NCBI RefSeq assembly: GCF_003704095.1
Contig: NW_020847747.1
Span: forward strand, 434,001-498,000
DNA from: Pocillopora damicornis
Lineage: Eukaryota
DNA length: 64,000 nt
Reading direction: 5' to 3'
Position numbers and translations under genes: made by a program. Shown here in pieces: positions 1 through 13,800 of this stretch (position 1 is its first letter; each line of letters starts with the position of its first letter). The notes below the pieces were generated by a model. That model worked only from the letters and a program-made list of their open reading frames with translations, did not search any database and had not been told where the DNA came from.

Positions 1-485
1 ACTGTGTTGTGTTCCTGGGCAAGATACTTTACTCTCACAGAGCCTCTCTCCACCCTGGAGTGTAGAGGGAAACCTGACTAATTGCTGGGGGGAAGGGGAT
101 TGGTAACCTTGTATTAGACTAGCATCTTATCAAGGGATAGTAGGAATTCTCCTGGTCTGTTCTGCTTTGGAAGACATGTTTGGGAAAATAAGTTAGCCAG
201 GCAAGAGAAATGTTAACAGTAGGAAATAACACTAATTTGTGCGTGATTTTGTGGTTTGCTTTCATTTCCTCAAGCAAAACATTTTACTTTATTTACAGTG
301 CCTCTCTCTACCTAGGAGTATAAATGGTTACCCACAAATTGTCAGGGAAGCCTGATGAAATTGGAGGGGGGATAACCTTGTGATTGATTGGCATCCCATC
401 CAGGGGGGAGTATTTATACTCCTTGTTGCTTTATGCTATGGAAACTAGCCTAAGGATAAGCCACTTATCTCAAGCATAGACTTAA
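1..485 (+). repeat. Two SINE-like fragments in glypican intron
   Basis: About 1-160 and 295-485 share cctctctc.acc..ggagt...gggaa.cctga...taaccttgt...gcatc...agggg. A further fragment lies near 55300-55400. Confidence 0.55.
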
Positions 486-667
486 TGTTTTATTTACTGA
501 TCTCCTATGTGGTTGGTAATAACACAGTAAGAATTGCAGCTATATTTTCAAGGTATTAATGGTTTTCTGAGACTGATGGTCAGTAAACTTGTTAAAATGG
601 TTTTGCTAAAATTATTGTTTTGCTTCATGTTCTTAAAAACAGTTACTCATATCAATATTGTTAACAG

Positions 668-3269
668 GTTTTGAAGGAGTGTGGCGAACCTTCCTACAGT
701 GATGCAAAGACTTCTCCTTATAAAGAATCTGTTTCACCAACTCCTCATGTCAAAGAGCGACTCTTTGCTAAAATGGATGCTGTTCATAGGCAGCTGAATG
801 CTCTCAGCTCATTCTTCCACGATTTAGCTCAAGAGTTTTGTGTAGTTGATGGTCTTGCTTCACAAAAGGAAAACATTGACAACTGTTGGAATGGAACATT
901 TGTAGCAAGGTAAAGACGAGTCATTGGTAATTCAATTTGGAACCTACTATTCGTGACTCTTTGTTTTCCTGTGCTGCACCAGGGGTTGGGCATGCAATAC
1001 CACTCAACATAAAGAGTTTAAACATTTTAAGAGCCTAGTTAAAATCTCACCTTATTTGTTTGGAATTTTGATCAGATAGCTTTTCATTATAATCAAGATT
1101 TTTCGATTTTGTATTAAATTTTCACTGCAATTTTAATTTGTCCTTCTCTTTACATCTTTAAATTTATTTCATCCCTCAAAATTGCCCTCATTTAAAATTT
1201 TCAAAACCTTTTTTTGCCAGTATGATTGGTCTGTATAGGTTCATAGACCATTTCCTCAACAAAAACACATACAATTGGTTGTTAATTGAATACATTTAGG
1301 TTTTTTCCCTTCACAAATTATATTCTCTGTTAATATCATTTTCTACAGGTATGAGCCAAAGCAAGGTGATTCATCTTTGTCACTAGAGAGTAAAAACCAC
1401 TTGACATTTCTTGAGAGGAAGATTCATGGCCAGGTTAAAATGATGGAAAAGTATACTATCACAAGAGATGATGATGATGATGATGAACTTGATGGAAGTG
1501 GTAGTGGCAGTGGAAGTGGTGACAAAAATAGTAATCAGCTTTTATATTTATTAGGGTTGAAAGGGCAACTTGGAATTATAATTGATTCCAATGGAAAAAA
1601 AATTGTAAAATATTAAATACCATAGTTATTCGGTTATAGGGCGCACCGTTTTTTTCAAGAAATTCCTAATTTCTACTAAAAATTACCGCCAAAGTTTGGG
1701 TGCATCTTATAGGCGAATATTTTTCCGAAACAATTTTTTTTATCACAGTTACTGGTACGATTTCAAGCAAATAAAAGGACACAGTGTTGGTCATTGACTT
1801 TTATAAATATGGTGGTTCTAAAAAGACCAGCGAAGTCAAATTTGCATAGATATGATACGTGCTCAGTAATTTTTTTGTTTGTGCGCGTGGTCGCGTGTGC
1901 GACAATTCTGCTTTTGTTAATTAATGGTAAATTAAAATCAATACGCGACTTTTTCGCTTTTTTGTAAGTTTATAAAAGAATTTACAATAAACTTGACCGA
2001 TCTTTACTCCCCAAACAACGGTGCGCCTTATAACCAAGTATTTTAGCGATATTTTCAGTTTGAAAACATGCAATAATGAAGTTGCTGAATTGGGGGTGCA
2101 TCCTATAGCCGAGTGCGCCTTATAACCGAATAACTACGGTAATGCAATAAAGTGCAGAGCATATTGCTTTTCTTTGAAGAAAGAAGTATGGTTAGCAGGT
2201 GACATCTGAACAAGAAAGAAACACAATTTTATAGAAGAAAAGAAGGTAGCATGACTACTATGATGATGATGATGATGAGGACTTCAGATAAAAAAGAACT
2301 TATGATTAAATTATAAACATTTCATCTCCCTACATGACAGCCAAATACAAGTTGCCAAATGTGCATCTTATGCTTCAAATTCAGTTGCTATGGTGACCGA
2401 AATGGTTACAGCTTGCAGTGCTGCTTGTCTGAAATTTCAAAAATTAGATGTGAATGAAATCTGGCAGCTAACTGGTTGCTTGTTTAATTGTTGGTACTGC
2501 GTTGCAAAGGAATGAAAGTTAAAGTATCAAAGACTCAAAAAGGATGTCAGGATGTACTCTAATTATGCTGGTGTCATTCTAATTAGCACAAATTTTCTTT
2601 ATTTATGTTTATTTATGCTTCATAATTAGGAAACAAAATCAGTGAAAGTGGCTGTGGTGAAGATGATGAGGACTGTGGTAGCACATCAAGCGGAGAAAAC
2701 AATAACATCGTTGATTTTGAAAGGGGTATGAAGATTTCTATTCAGCTTTATGTTTTCTTACCAATGCATCAATATTTCAAAAGGTCCACTCATTTGGTTA
2801 TGTTTAAGCTCCAACACATGAGAACATGTCAATACTTAGTTCATGAAACTTATCATTCCAGTCTCAAAGACAGTTTTAGGCACAGGTCTGGGAGAGATCC
2901 TTTTAAAAAGATTCTTGGAGGAGTTTGTTTGGTCTTTAAGTTGGATGTCATCCCTAAGAATTTAGAAACTGACAGGGAATAATTTTTGTTCTTTAGTTTA
3001 AAAGTAGGCAACATTCGGTTATTGTGATCCCAATATACATTGAAACCTTTGGGTTGTTTTTATTTTTTACAGAAAATGACTTTGATTTCATTACGACACC
3101 TTCGTCAATCAAAAGCTCTGGCAATGAAGTCCTAGGTGGGGGTTTTGACCCTACATCAACTCGCAAGTCTGGTGATGTGCTAGCTCAGGGTAATTCATCG
3201 TCATCTCTTGCTGTCACATGGCTACAGTTTTTTACTCTACTTCTGTTGGTATGGCTCACGAGAGGATAG
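668..3269 (+). CDS. Glypican, 3' part only (5' exons lie upstream of the window); GPC3/GPC5/Dally-like
   Basis: Spliced exons about 668-909 (VLKECGEP...FCVVDG...NCWNGTFVAR, glypican C-terminal Cys motif CWNG), 1349 to about 1530 (DDDDDDELDGSGSGSGSG heparan-sulfate attachment site; donor uncertain), 2630-2725 (SGCGEDDEDCGS) and 3073-3269 (ends in a GPI-type hydrophobic tail ...NSSSSLAVTWLQFFTLLLLVWLTRG*). Canonical AG/GT sites. Confidence 0.85.
1618..2141. mobile_element. MITE with about 28-bp terminal inverted repeats and TA ends (Tc1/mariner-like) in glypican intron
   Basis: TACCATAGTTATTCGGTTATAGGGCGCAC ... GTGCGCCTTATAACCGAATAACTACGGTA, with internal subterminal GGTGCRYCYTATA repeats. Confidence 0.8.
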
Positions 3270-6200
3270 AAACATCTCAGCAGTCACTCTGACCTCAAAT
3301 GGAATTGAAACAACAAGAAATTGGTCCTCCACCAGAGTTTTCTCTCAAAGACAATAGATAGAAGTGTAAGGCTTAGTTCAAAGTCTTTCCAAATTGTTGT
3401 ATAAAACAAAGTGTAACTAACCTTTCCAGAGCCTCTGTTGTTGGCAAAGAGAGAGAGATCAAAAGAAAATATTGTCTGTGGACTTCTATGGGTCATTTTT
3501 TTAGATTGCACACTAATATGATGATTTGTTCATGTTCAGTATTCATTCAAAAGTCATTCATGGAGAGATGGTGAATTGTGTGGCTTAGAAGTTTGCAGAC
3601 ACTTGTTTTTCTCTTTCCTTGCCCCTTGTGTTCATGTTTTTTACTTTCCATGAGGCTCTTTTCTCACCAGACAACAATTTTAAGGGAAAGAAAGGTCGAT
3701 GATAAAGGCCCTCGTGTAATAGCTAGTAGATTGATTTTTTTTCTTTTAAATCTGAACTTGTTATTAGCTTGTACATGGTAACTTGGAAGATTACAATATG
3801 CTGCTGCTTTTAGAAGAAAATGCAATTGCTTGAGTATCACAGAAGCCAATTGAAAACAATATAATTGTAACAGCTGATCAGAACAAAGATCCTGGTAATA
3901 CCAGAAGTTTTGAAATGTTGGATTAAGTTTGGGTTTATTTGCATCTGATTAGCCAAAGGGTTGAGGAGGTGGTGGAACCAAACATTTGAGAGTCAGTGCA
4001 TCCCAAGATTACTTTTGACGCTCTCAATTAAATTCAGAAAGGACTGACTTTGAAAGAATAATTGTTAGATTGCACATGGAGAAAAGTTATTTGATTTCAA
4101 GTTCTAGTCAGCTGACCTATTATGAGCTAGTTACACCTAGGGCAAGTAGTGATTGTCTTTTGGTTTGGGAAAAGAATAGCTTGAAACTAAGGGGGAGGCA
4201 CTTTGTTTGAGGGAAGGACAGAGAAATGGAGACCTGCCATCATGCGAGACTATAGTTCCTAAGTCCATCACAGAATATGACTAAAGTTAAGCATTGACTT
4301 GTATACTACTGTAACAAAGTTATAAGGCAGTTTATTTATTTTTCCAATTGAGACTTTCCATGGAAAATTTGCAAAAAAAACTTAGTGGAAATTTAGTGGA
4401 AACAGCTGCTAGAATTAATAAAATCACAGTAGTAATGATTCTTTAATAATGATAATTTATTAAAAGGTATTATTATAATTAATAGTGATCAGTTCAAGTT
4501 GCTTAGCTCATAGCAAAGTTTTCTCTGAGTCTTAGAGAATTTTGTTATCATTAAGGTTTATTTTCTATTTCAGTAGAGATGTATGATAGATGATGTAGTC
4601 TGTGGCAATTAAGTAGGTAAGATAAGAGAGTGCAGTTTTCATAGCCTTTTTGAAAGTGTGAAACCATCATGCAGTTGAATTAACCTTGTAGATATGTAAA
4701 GTTAAAGGCCTGATCATATTGCTCAAGCCTGAATTACCCAGCTTACTTGGCTCTATTTTTTGTTAAGACTACAAGTTACAAGCTGAAAAAGTACTTGTTA
4801 GTATATATTTCAGTCTAAAATGTTAAGTTAAATTGTGATGTAAGGATTCAGGCTATTGAATGAAAGCTTCTCATTTAGCCATATCAGTTTTTTGACTGAA
4901 AAATTCCCAGTCTTACTTTAAATTGCTTCAAATTCGCTCCTTCACCAGCTAATTATTAGCAAAGTATTTACACAGTTTCATGATTAAGTACAATTAGTAT
5001 TAGAAACTATACTTTTTAATACATACATTGATAAATTTACAGCCAATGTGTTTGCAAGCTCAAAGCGTAATTTTTATTAAGAAAAAAAGGCATTTGACAT
5101 GGCACCAAATTCTTCTTAAGGTGTACATATGATAAAGTAGAATCATTGATTATAGTTATGAATGATTATTAATAAAAGTAATTATGCCAGAAACGATGCT
5201 TTGTAAATAATTGTTCCGTTGTCTGCAGTGAGCTATGAAGATAATACAACTTCTGGCTATCATATTGAACATCCAGTACATCAGTCAGGGGAGAGAATTT
5301 TAACAATCTTTAAGAAGTTAAAATGCGTGGGGAGGTGGGGGTGTTTGAAGCTTCAATGAATGGATACATTGTCATCACTTAGAATTTTCCAAGGCTACAA
5401 GCAGGATTAAAGTATGCCTACAAGCTTATCCAGCTAAGATGTATTATACAGGTCATTTAGCAAAACCACAGTTTGCATTGCATCTTCTTCTTGATGGAGG
5501 TATTCAGAAACAATCCAGTGAGGGTAGAACATTCATTTTCATTGTCTCTCTCAAACACATTGCTGATTCCTATTGAGGATGTAGCTTTATCCCATGATAG
5601 AGGCCTGCTTCATAACACATCTTGAGAATGTATTACTTCAGTTAGCAGGAATCAGACCAAAGTGTTCATTTGTTGTTGTCTACGTTGCCTACAAGCTCAA
5701 AATTTGGTTGATCAACTACAATGGTTTAAGATATTTTTAATCAAGATGTGGACAATCCCCTTGGACTACCAAAAACCCATCTCATGTAAAAACAATTCTT
5801 TCATGAAAAGTCTAACAAACTGCAAGTGATATGTTGACTCCAAAATTGGAAGTCATTTTTATTTGAAATCTGTTGTATATTACTAGTTATATTGTCTCTG
5901 CATACAGTAATTTCCCTTACAAGAAATTGATAATGAAACACCAAGTTAACAACTGTGTCACAGGATAATTATTTTGTACTGAACATTGATAGAAAAAAAA
6001 ACATACTAGTGGAACACTGAAAGAAGGAAAAGCAACTTTGGTGTGTGAATCCACTTTTGAAAATATAAATTTATCTAACCACAATAATGAACATACTTCA
6101 AACAGAAAATTTCCCTTCAATTTCAATAAGTCATCAGATGATTTCTTTACAAGTTAAAAATTGTGACAAATCCAAGACCAGGAAGAATTTCTACAGAAGA

Positions 6201-7855
6201 TCATATCAAATATCATTAAAAAAAAAAAAAACCAAGCCCATGAGGAGCTCTTAATCACATACCAAGACTTCTCTTTTAGTAGTCTATTAAATGCCCATTG
6301 TTAAAAAACACAAATGGTACCAGTATTAATTCATACAAGTTACAAAGTGATCAAAATATAAATTTTTTCCTTTCTCTATAAAAGTACAGTTTAAACAGTG
6401 GTCATAACAATTTAACTCCTGCTTCTGAGCAGTTCAGTACATAGTGGTATTCACCTTAGCTTCTAAGTCTTTCACTTCCTAGATCTCCTCACTAATTCTC
6501 CTTACTCTCTGCAATACAATTTGGATGTAAGGAGAGATTCTGTCTTGGTCATTCATGGGGGTTAAAGAGTTAAGACAAACATGAATAATAGTAATGAACT
6601 CAAAAGGTGGAAATTAGTCACTGATTCTATTCAAACAAGTTTGAACCACTGAAGGATTACATCCCTCTCACTAAGAGCGCCTTTGAATTGAGTATTACAA
6701 AACCACAAAAAAACACAATCACAACAGCCCATAAGAATAATAGGGAAGTATACAAAAGCTTGTGAGAGCTCAAATGAAAAAGAAACTCTCAATTTCAACT
6801 GTGGGAGAATACTAATGAAAAATCATGATTAGGTTAGTTTTGCGTTCTATTTGTTGAAACCACTCAATCAATTTTCTGGATCTAACCAAACGCTATGCCA
6901 ATTACAATTAAAGCAATCCATGATTACTTTTAAAACTCATTCACAAATTGCACTTGTGTTATTTTTAAAAAGCCTACTATTGACAAGATAACTTGTTCAT
7001 TCAAGGAAGGAGTGAAGAAAATGTGAGGCTTTCACATTTTTCACAACCAACCACTTTACCCAATGCATTACCAGTCTTAAAGTTACTTGCACTTATCTCT
7101 AAGTGCCTGTGACATAGATTTACAAACTACTTCTTTTCTATATTCTGGTTGTTGATAATTAAATTTGGAGCACTTCCTCTCTTGACAAGCTTAATGACAT
7201 TTCAAGTTCAGCCAGTGTCTAATAAAGCTCTAAAAGTATAAGCAAATGGCACACTATGTCCAATAAAGCAGTTTTAAAAAAATTTGAGCACAAAGCTCCC
7301 TCTTTTACAAAATCCAAACAAATACTATACGAGATGACACTTGAAGCCTTTCCATCTAACTCCAATCAACATTGGGCACCAAAGTGCCACAAAAGAGGGG
7401 TCAATTGTATATACAATTTCTGTCAAGTCTTAATACCATAGACTATTTGTAAGAGCTTATGATAACTGTAGCAAACTGAAGTTCATTTTGAGCAGGAATT
7501 TGAAGTGAAAAAACAACTACTGATTTTTCAAATAGTTGTGCAAACTTAAAACTTTACAAATCAATTAATTAACATTCATTCCAGTCATGTTTTGTAAAAA
7601 TAAATTCCCATATTCACAAATAAAAAGCTTGATATTTTTCATTCATAGTCTAGCTTGTTTCTTGCACAGTTTGAGATGATAGCTGGATTGAAATTTTTGC
7701 ACTGAATAACATGGACAATGCCTTGATGACCAGTATCAAAACTAAATAATCTTTTCAAAGAAACTGAGTGCAGACAATCCATTCCGTACTGTACAGTATG
7801 ATGCAAATGTTTTGTGTTGTAGTAAATGACAGGAATCCCACTTCCATTAATACCA

Positions 7856-10800
7856 TTATGGTACAAGTGAAGAACACAACAATAAAATTGCTGAATAGAA
7901 CAACCATGCTCCAACTACAGTTTGTGAAGCAGAGTTCCTTGATTGTCCTTGAGTGTTTCCACCCACCCCTCCCCCAACAACATTATCATCATTGTCAAGG
8001 CCATCAACCCCATTGATGGGGTCTGTAGGTGGTGCATCTGTGCCAATTGGTATTTCATTTGTTCCACTGCCTCCACTACCTCCACTTCCATCACCACTCC
8101 CACTTCCTGATTCATCATCATCCTCATTGTCTGTGGTGACGATATTTATTTCATCCCCATACACTGCAGCATTGGAATATTCCTCAATCATTTTCACAAT
8201 GTTTTTCAATTTTTCACTAGCTTTTAACACAGATGGTGCTTGGTTTTCTTCGATGGCATTCTCTCCATCATCAGGGCTTGAGTAACTTTGAAAAAGAAAA
8301 CAGATATTTTGTTCATGAGTTGTTAACCCTTTAACTCCCAAGATTTCATGATTAATTCTCCTTACTCTCTGCCATACAATTTATGTGATTTTAGTTTGGA
8401 GAATTTGGAATTGGATCAAGCAATAATCCCCTAATTGATATGTTTCTTTATTCTCTTTACTTGTCTACTTGATATTGTACTGATAATGTAAGGAGCAAAC
8501 ATTTCACTCTTAAGATCTCATTACTGATTCTCCTTCCTGTCTTCCATACAATTGTTCTGATGTTAGTTCAGAGAATTTCCTATTGGATCAACCAATGATT
8601 CTCCTATTGATATTTGTCTTAATCTTATTACTTGCTTGCTAAGAATTATATTCATATTGTAGATAGAAATTCTGTCTTGGTCACTCATTGGAGTTGAAGG
8701 GGTTAATGAAATGTTACATGATTTCAAGTCATTCTCAACTGTAGAGTCAATCTGTCGATTGACAATCACGACAATTGAACTGCTACGCTTCTGGTCTTCA
8801 TCTGACCATACCTGTCTAACCATCTTGTCAGTAGCCCTACTGCCACTACCACCTTGCTAATTATATAAAAGAGATGAGATCAAGGTAACAGAACAAGAGG
8901 AAATATTTACCTTCCTTTACCAGCACCATTCCAACACTCTGAGGGGTTATTCTTTTCAGCTGCTATGTCACTACATAACATGTCTGGTAGTGAAGTCCAA
9001 AAGTTATCAGCCATTTTCATTACGGCTTTGAAGTCTGTTTTTAATCTGAGAGAGAAGAGGGAATTCCTGCTATCAAAAATGCAATCACACCTTGTGTAAT
9101 CAAAATGCCCAAGGCAAGATTACATAAAGTCTTCCAAGGTAATTGAACTGACAAACGTTTCTTCAAGACAGAACTCTTTGTACCATTTCATGCTGCACCC
9201 TTATTCATAACTACAAGCGTTTTCAGTATTAAATTCCAAAGTCCTAAAACTTGGAATATTATTGATGAATATTTCAAGTCAAGAAGCCTACATCTGTTCA
9301 AAAAGAAATTGAAGTGCTTCTATACTGACATGTATTAATTAATTTAATTCATAATTTTGATCGCCACCAAGTCTCATTAAATAGTCATCAGTTTAAATAA
9401 ATTGAGTTTTTTTTGCGTGTGTCTGTATATGCTTATGAAAGCAAGTGTATAAATGTGTGTGGGCTTTACTACCGAAGTCAATTGATTAAATTTAAAGCAT
9501 TTAAGAATGTAGGATATCCCACTCCGACAAGCCCTTCTTTTTTTAGGATATCCTGCACCCTTATTTATTAAATTTACTTCAGATCTGTATTCAACTTAAT
9601 AAAGTTTGTAAATAGTGGTTCAAAATGAAGACACAACAGCTTCCTCACTGTTCAACTAACATCACCCTTCTAGTCCAAAAACGGAGATGGCACATTTCTA
9701 AACTTACGATTCCAAGGTGACATCTGCTGATTTTTTGGGTAAAGCAGCATCATTTTCTCTTCTTTGTCGATTGTTTCCTTCAAGGAAAAAGTCATCTGTT
9801 GATCTCTTAGTTAATTCAGGGTTACCACATACTTGGAATACCTGAGAAAGTTTAGAATAGCAAGCATGTAAAACTCAGCATCAAAGACATGTATAAATAC
9901 ACTGTTCTTTAAGAGCATCTCATTTCCAGGGCATGAAAATGATGTTTAATCAACTAAGTTTGGGAATCCAAGGCTTCCTTTTTCAGCATATGGTGACAGG
10001 ATATTTATTGAGAAACAGAATTACACTAAAGAAGATCATAAACACTTGTATCAAAGAAAAAGGCACACAGACCAAAAAAAGACACAAAAGAAAAAAACTG
10101 AAAAAAAAAAGGAGAAATTTCAGAATACCCCTCAAAATTCCCTTGTCACTTAAATCTGAGACTGATTGATAAATCTTCATTCAATTTCAAAGGCTTTCCA
10201 GACTGAAATGCGCAATCTTGGTTTTAACAACTCTTCCGTGCATTTATCAGCATCAAGTAGACATGTTGTGAAGTCACATCATGCATAATTCAATACAAGT
10301 GTGTTCTACAAAATGAAAACCCATAGCCTTGTTTACAACAATTCAGATAGATACAACAATTCAGGAGAAACCTCCAGTAAAAATAAGGGGACGAAAAGAA
10401 AGAAATTTTAATTTACCCTTTCCTCGACAGCTTTAGCCACAGTTGGTTCTTGGAAATTCATGATGGCAAATGACATCTTGATGTGCGCTTTGGACAGGAT
10501 AATTTCAATATTGTATACCCCTGAAAGCTTCTGAAAAAGTTCGTTCACTGCCGCCAGGTAGCGTTGCCATTGATTGTTCACCTTTGCTATGTCAGCCAAA
10601 CAACCCTTATGTACATCCATACAAAACTGATGACAAGGTTTTAATGATGTCAAAGCTTTGCACCAGGAGCAGTATTTCAGCTTGATGAGTTGATCCTGAC
10701 AGTCTTTAGAAGAAATTGAGTTCTCAAGCATGATGAAAACATCATGAACATCATCAAGTGCTTTTGTAAGGGCCTTTGCAAAAATTAAAACACTTCTCAA

Positions 10801-13800
10801 CTCAGAGGTTAACGTTTCTGGATAATTCCCAAAAGGTTTTAGCTGATCCATATGCTTCGGTATACATTCCAGATAAGAATTGCTGAACTGGGACTGAGCA
10901 TGCATGATCTGGAACATTTTTTGCATGAGAATTTTGAACAGTTTGTTTAAGATTGTTTTCATGTCAGAGCTGGACTCTCCCTCATAATATTTCATCAATT
11001 CTGCATAAAAATCTGAGAATATCTTGCTGTTCTGGGAGTAGTAGTGAACATAGACTTTCTTGAAGTAAGCATCCAGTGATTCATGGGATTCCTTGATCAA
11101 GGATTGGAAGTGTGCTGGATAAATGAGGAAAAAAAAAATATTAGAGACATAAAAGGCATTACGACAGAAGAATGCTTTAAAAACAACATCACTTTACAAG
11201 CTCCTTTAAATGGTAATTGCAAGATTATATCACAGACTGAGTTTAAGTGAGTTTAAGTGTCCAATAAAGTATCAATCTAATTCAGCAACCTGGCCAAATA
11301 CCCACGATTTCACCCTTCAACTCTCTGAAGTGGATAACAAGTAACGTGTCCTTATAATTCACATACACCTTTTACTAAGTAGATAGAACACTTAATTCTC
11401 CTGTTAAATTTATAAGGAAATGTAAGGGACTTTAAAGGGAGAATTTCTTGTTGGATCTTTGGAATTTAAGGGTTAACAGAGACTTACTCCCCTTTATTCC
11501 CATTTCTTGGTGATCTGTTTAAGCACTTGGGAATGACAAGTCAGAAGGAACATGAACAGTTGAATATTAATCACATTAAAAGACAATTCTGGAAAGGTTA
11601 TGTGACTATGTGGAATCTTAACCCAAGAAAAATAGTAACCATTCAAATATAGTTTAAATTAGGATGTTTCCAAAGCACACTTCTCATTTAAGAAAACAAT
11701 CCAAGACCCATTCAGCCAATTGCAGTGCTACATGCTCATTGTCATGTCTTAGGATCTTTACCAAGGTTGTCATTTGATGCCAGTAGGAAGTCACAACCCA
11801 CTGGCTGCCAGTTCATTTTGTGCCACCCTCTTTGTGAATTGTGATTTAAGACAGAAAACACATATTTAGGAAATTATTCTATCCTCAATATCTGGCCAAA
11901 AAAAGTTACTTAATTATGTCTCAGAATGCTTAAAATTGCATCTTGCAAAGTTTCAAATCTCAATTTTTTTCTGGGGGAAGTGCATGGTAACATGTCAAGC
12001 TTGTTACACAAACATAATTCAATTTAATTGCCTACTCATTTCAGACCATACATCCATCACATTTTTAAATGATAATCCTTCTTTAGCATCACTGCCATGT
12101 CTATTGTTCAACCCACAATAAATCACGAAAATGTTACCTTTTCCCAGCAAAATTTATTAAATTTGATTTAAAATTTACACAAAACAGAGGACAGCTGCCA
12201 AGTTATGAACCAATTTATCAAAAACATCTTGTAGCAGCTAAACAAATACTATTTCATAATTACGAGGTTTGACAGATTGTTCTTAACTTAAATAACATTA
12301 CTTCCGCACAATGGGTCAAGCTCTCCACAGACTGAAATATTAAGAGCTAATACATACCACACAAATGAATAGTTCTTTTCCCCTACACCAATTGGCTAGC
12401 CCAAAAGTGATTATACAGCAAGTGCTATTATCTCAGAGAGCAGCTGATGACATCAAACTGGATGACAAGAGTTCAATTTCCAACCATTTTTGGTATACTG
12501 AAAGAATTAAACTAATTTCTTGATTCATGCATGGTATATACCAAAACAATTCTCAACTTCAGTGACACTAAAAGTGGTGGGCATTAACTTGGTCACTTCA
12601 CAGCTCTGTATATGTCTGCTGCTATTCATTTTCACTTGAAAAATTATTAACTTTTAGAAAAGAAAATTACAGTTTTGCTTTTAGTAAGGATGTAGACTCT
12701 TCTAACACCAAAGTTCAGCAAAGCTAGTTTATAATCCAGGGAAGAATCGTATTGTTACTATTAAATTCAGGGTAAAAAATTCAGAAATCAATTATCACTG
12801 AAAACCTTTTTGCTGCAAGAAATTAACAATGCCATTTAAGACAAGTCTCAAATTAGGTGAAAATGGACAGGTGACAATCACCTGTGATGTCTGCAAGTCC
12901 AGACAATTTTGATAATAACAATGTTTTATTCAAATCCAGCTGAAGAAATATTTCTTCAAAGCAAATGAGCCTATTGTAAACGATGTAAATCATACTTCAA
13001 AATTAACATCATTATTTTGCTTTCAGGCATATGTTTCATTCCATATCAATTCTAGAAAAAGATAATTACAAAAATTTAAAAAAGATGTTATACATGTGAT
13101 GTTTGAGCCAAAAATGAAAAAGAAAACTGCAACATTTCTGAACATTAAAAAAAAAAAATTACAAAACGAAAAAAAAAAATAATGTTACTCATATCTTGTT
13201 TATGCCAAAAATGAAGAAAAAGAATTGCAACATTTCTGATCATTTCTAGAAAAAAAAATTACAAACATTGAAAAAAAAGGATTTCACTTGTATGTTGTTA
13301 TGGGAAAAAAGTCATTAGGAGAACATTTTGACCACCTTCTGTGAAAACTTTGCTAATCAGGGGGATCCCAACTCTATAATAGCAGCCAAATTCTACAAAC
13401 TTCTCAGTTCCTGGACCAATTGAGAATATTACAGCTCCTGAAGTAATATTCTGATCCTGGTTCACAGATACATTTTTGTGATATGAAAAAAAACATAACA
13501 ATACTGCCACAAAAATGATGAGCTGTCTTTTAATATTTTCCAGTAAAAAAGGAAACAGCCATAACTTTGAAAGAACATTAGAATACCAAGAATATAATAA
13601 AACAAACTCAAACAAGTACCCATAATTTGAATTTCAAACTTTACACCTTTACAAAACACAGATACAAGACCTTTTGACATTATATTCAAGCAACCAGTAA
13701 AAACAGTCATCCAACCTCATCAGAGCAAAACCACTGAAGTTTCACATGACAGAGGGTAATTTTGCGGCTAAACAGTCTGACCTTTCATAAGTTTGGGTCT

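Noticed and set aside
2230-2292. (GAT)n run encoding DYYDDDDDEDF as an extra glypican exon
   Set aside because: Bounded by in-frame stops and no convincing donor site.
2384-2397. X-box-like GTTGCTATGGTGAC
   Set aside because: Deep in a glypican intron with no promoter context, so likely chance or repeat-derived.
7953-8285. Plus-strand Pro/Ser-rich ORF, and similarly 57820-58296 on the minus strand
   Set aside because: Antisense shadows of real glypican and TAF6 exons.
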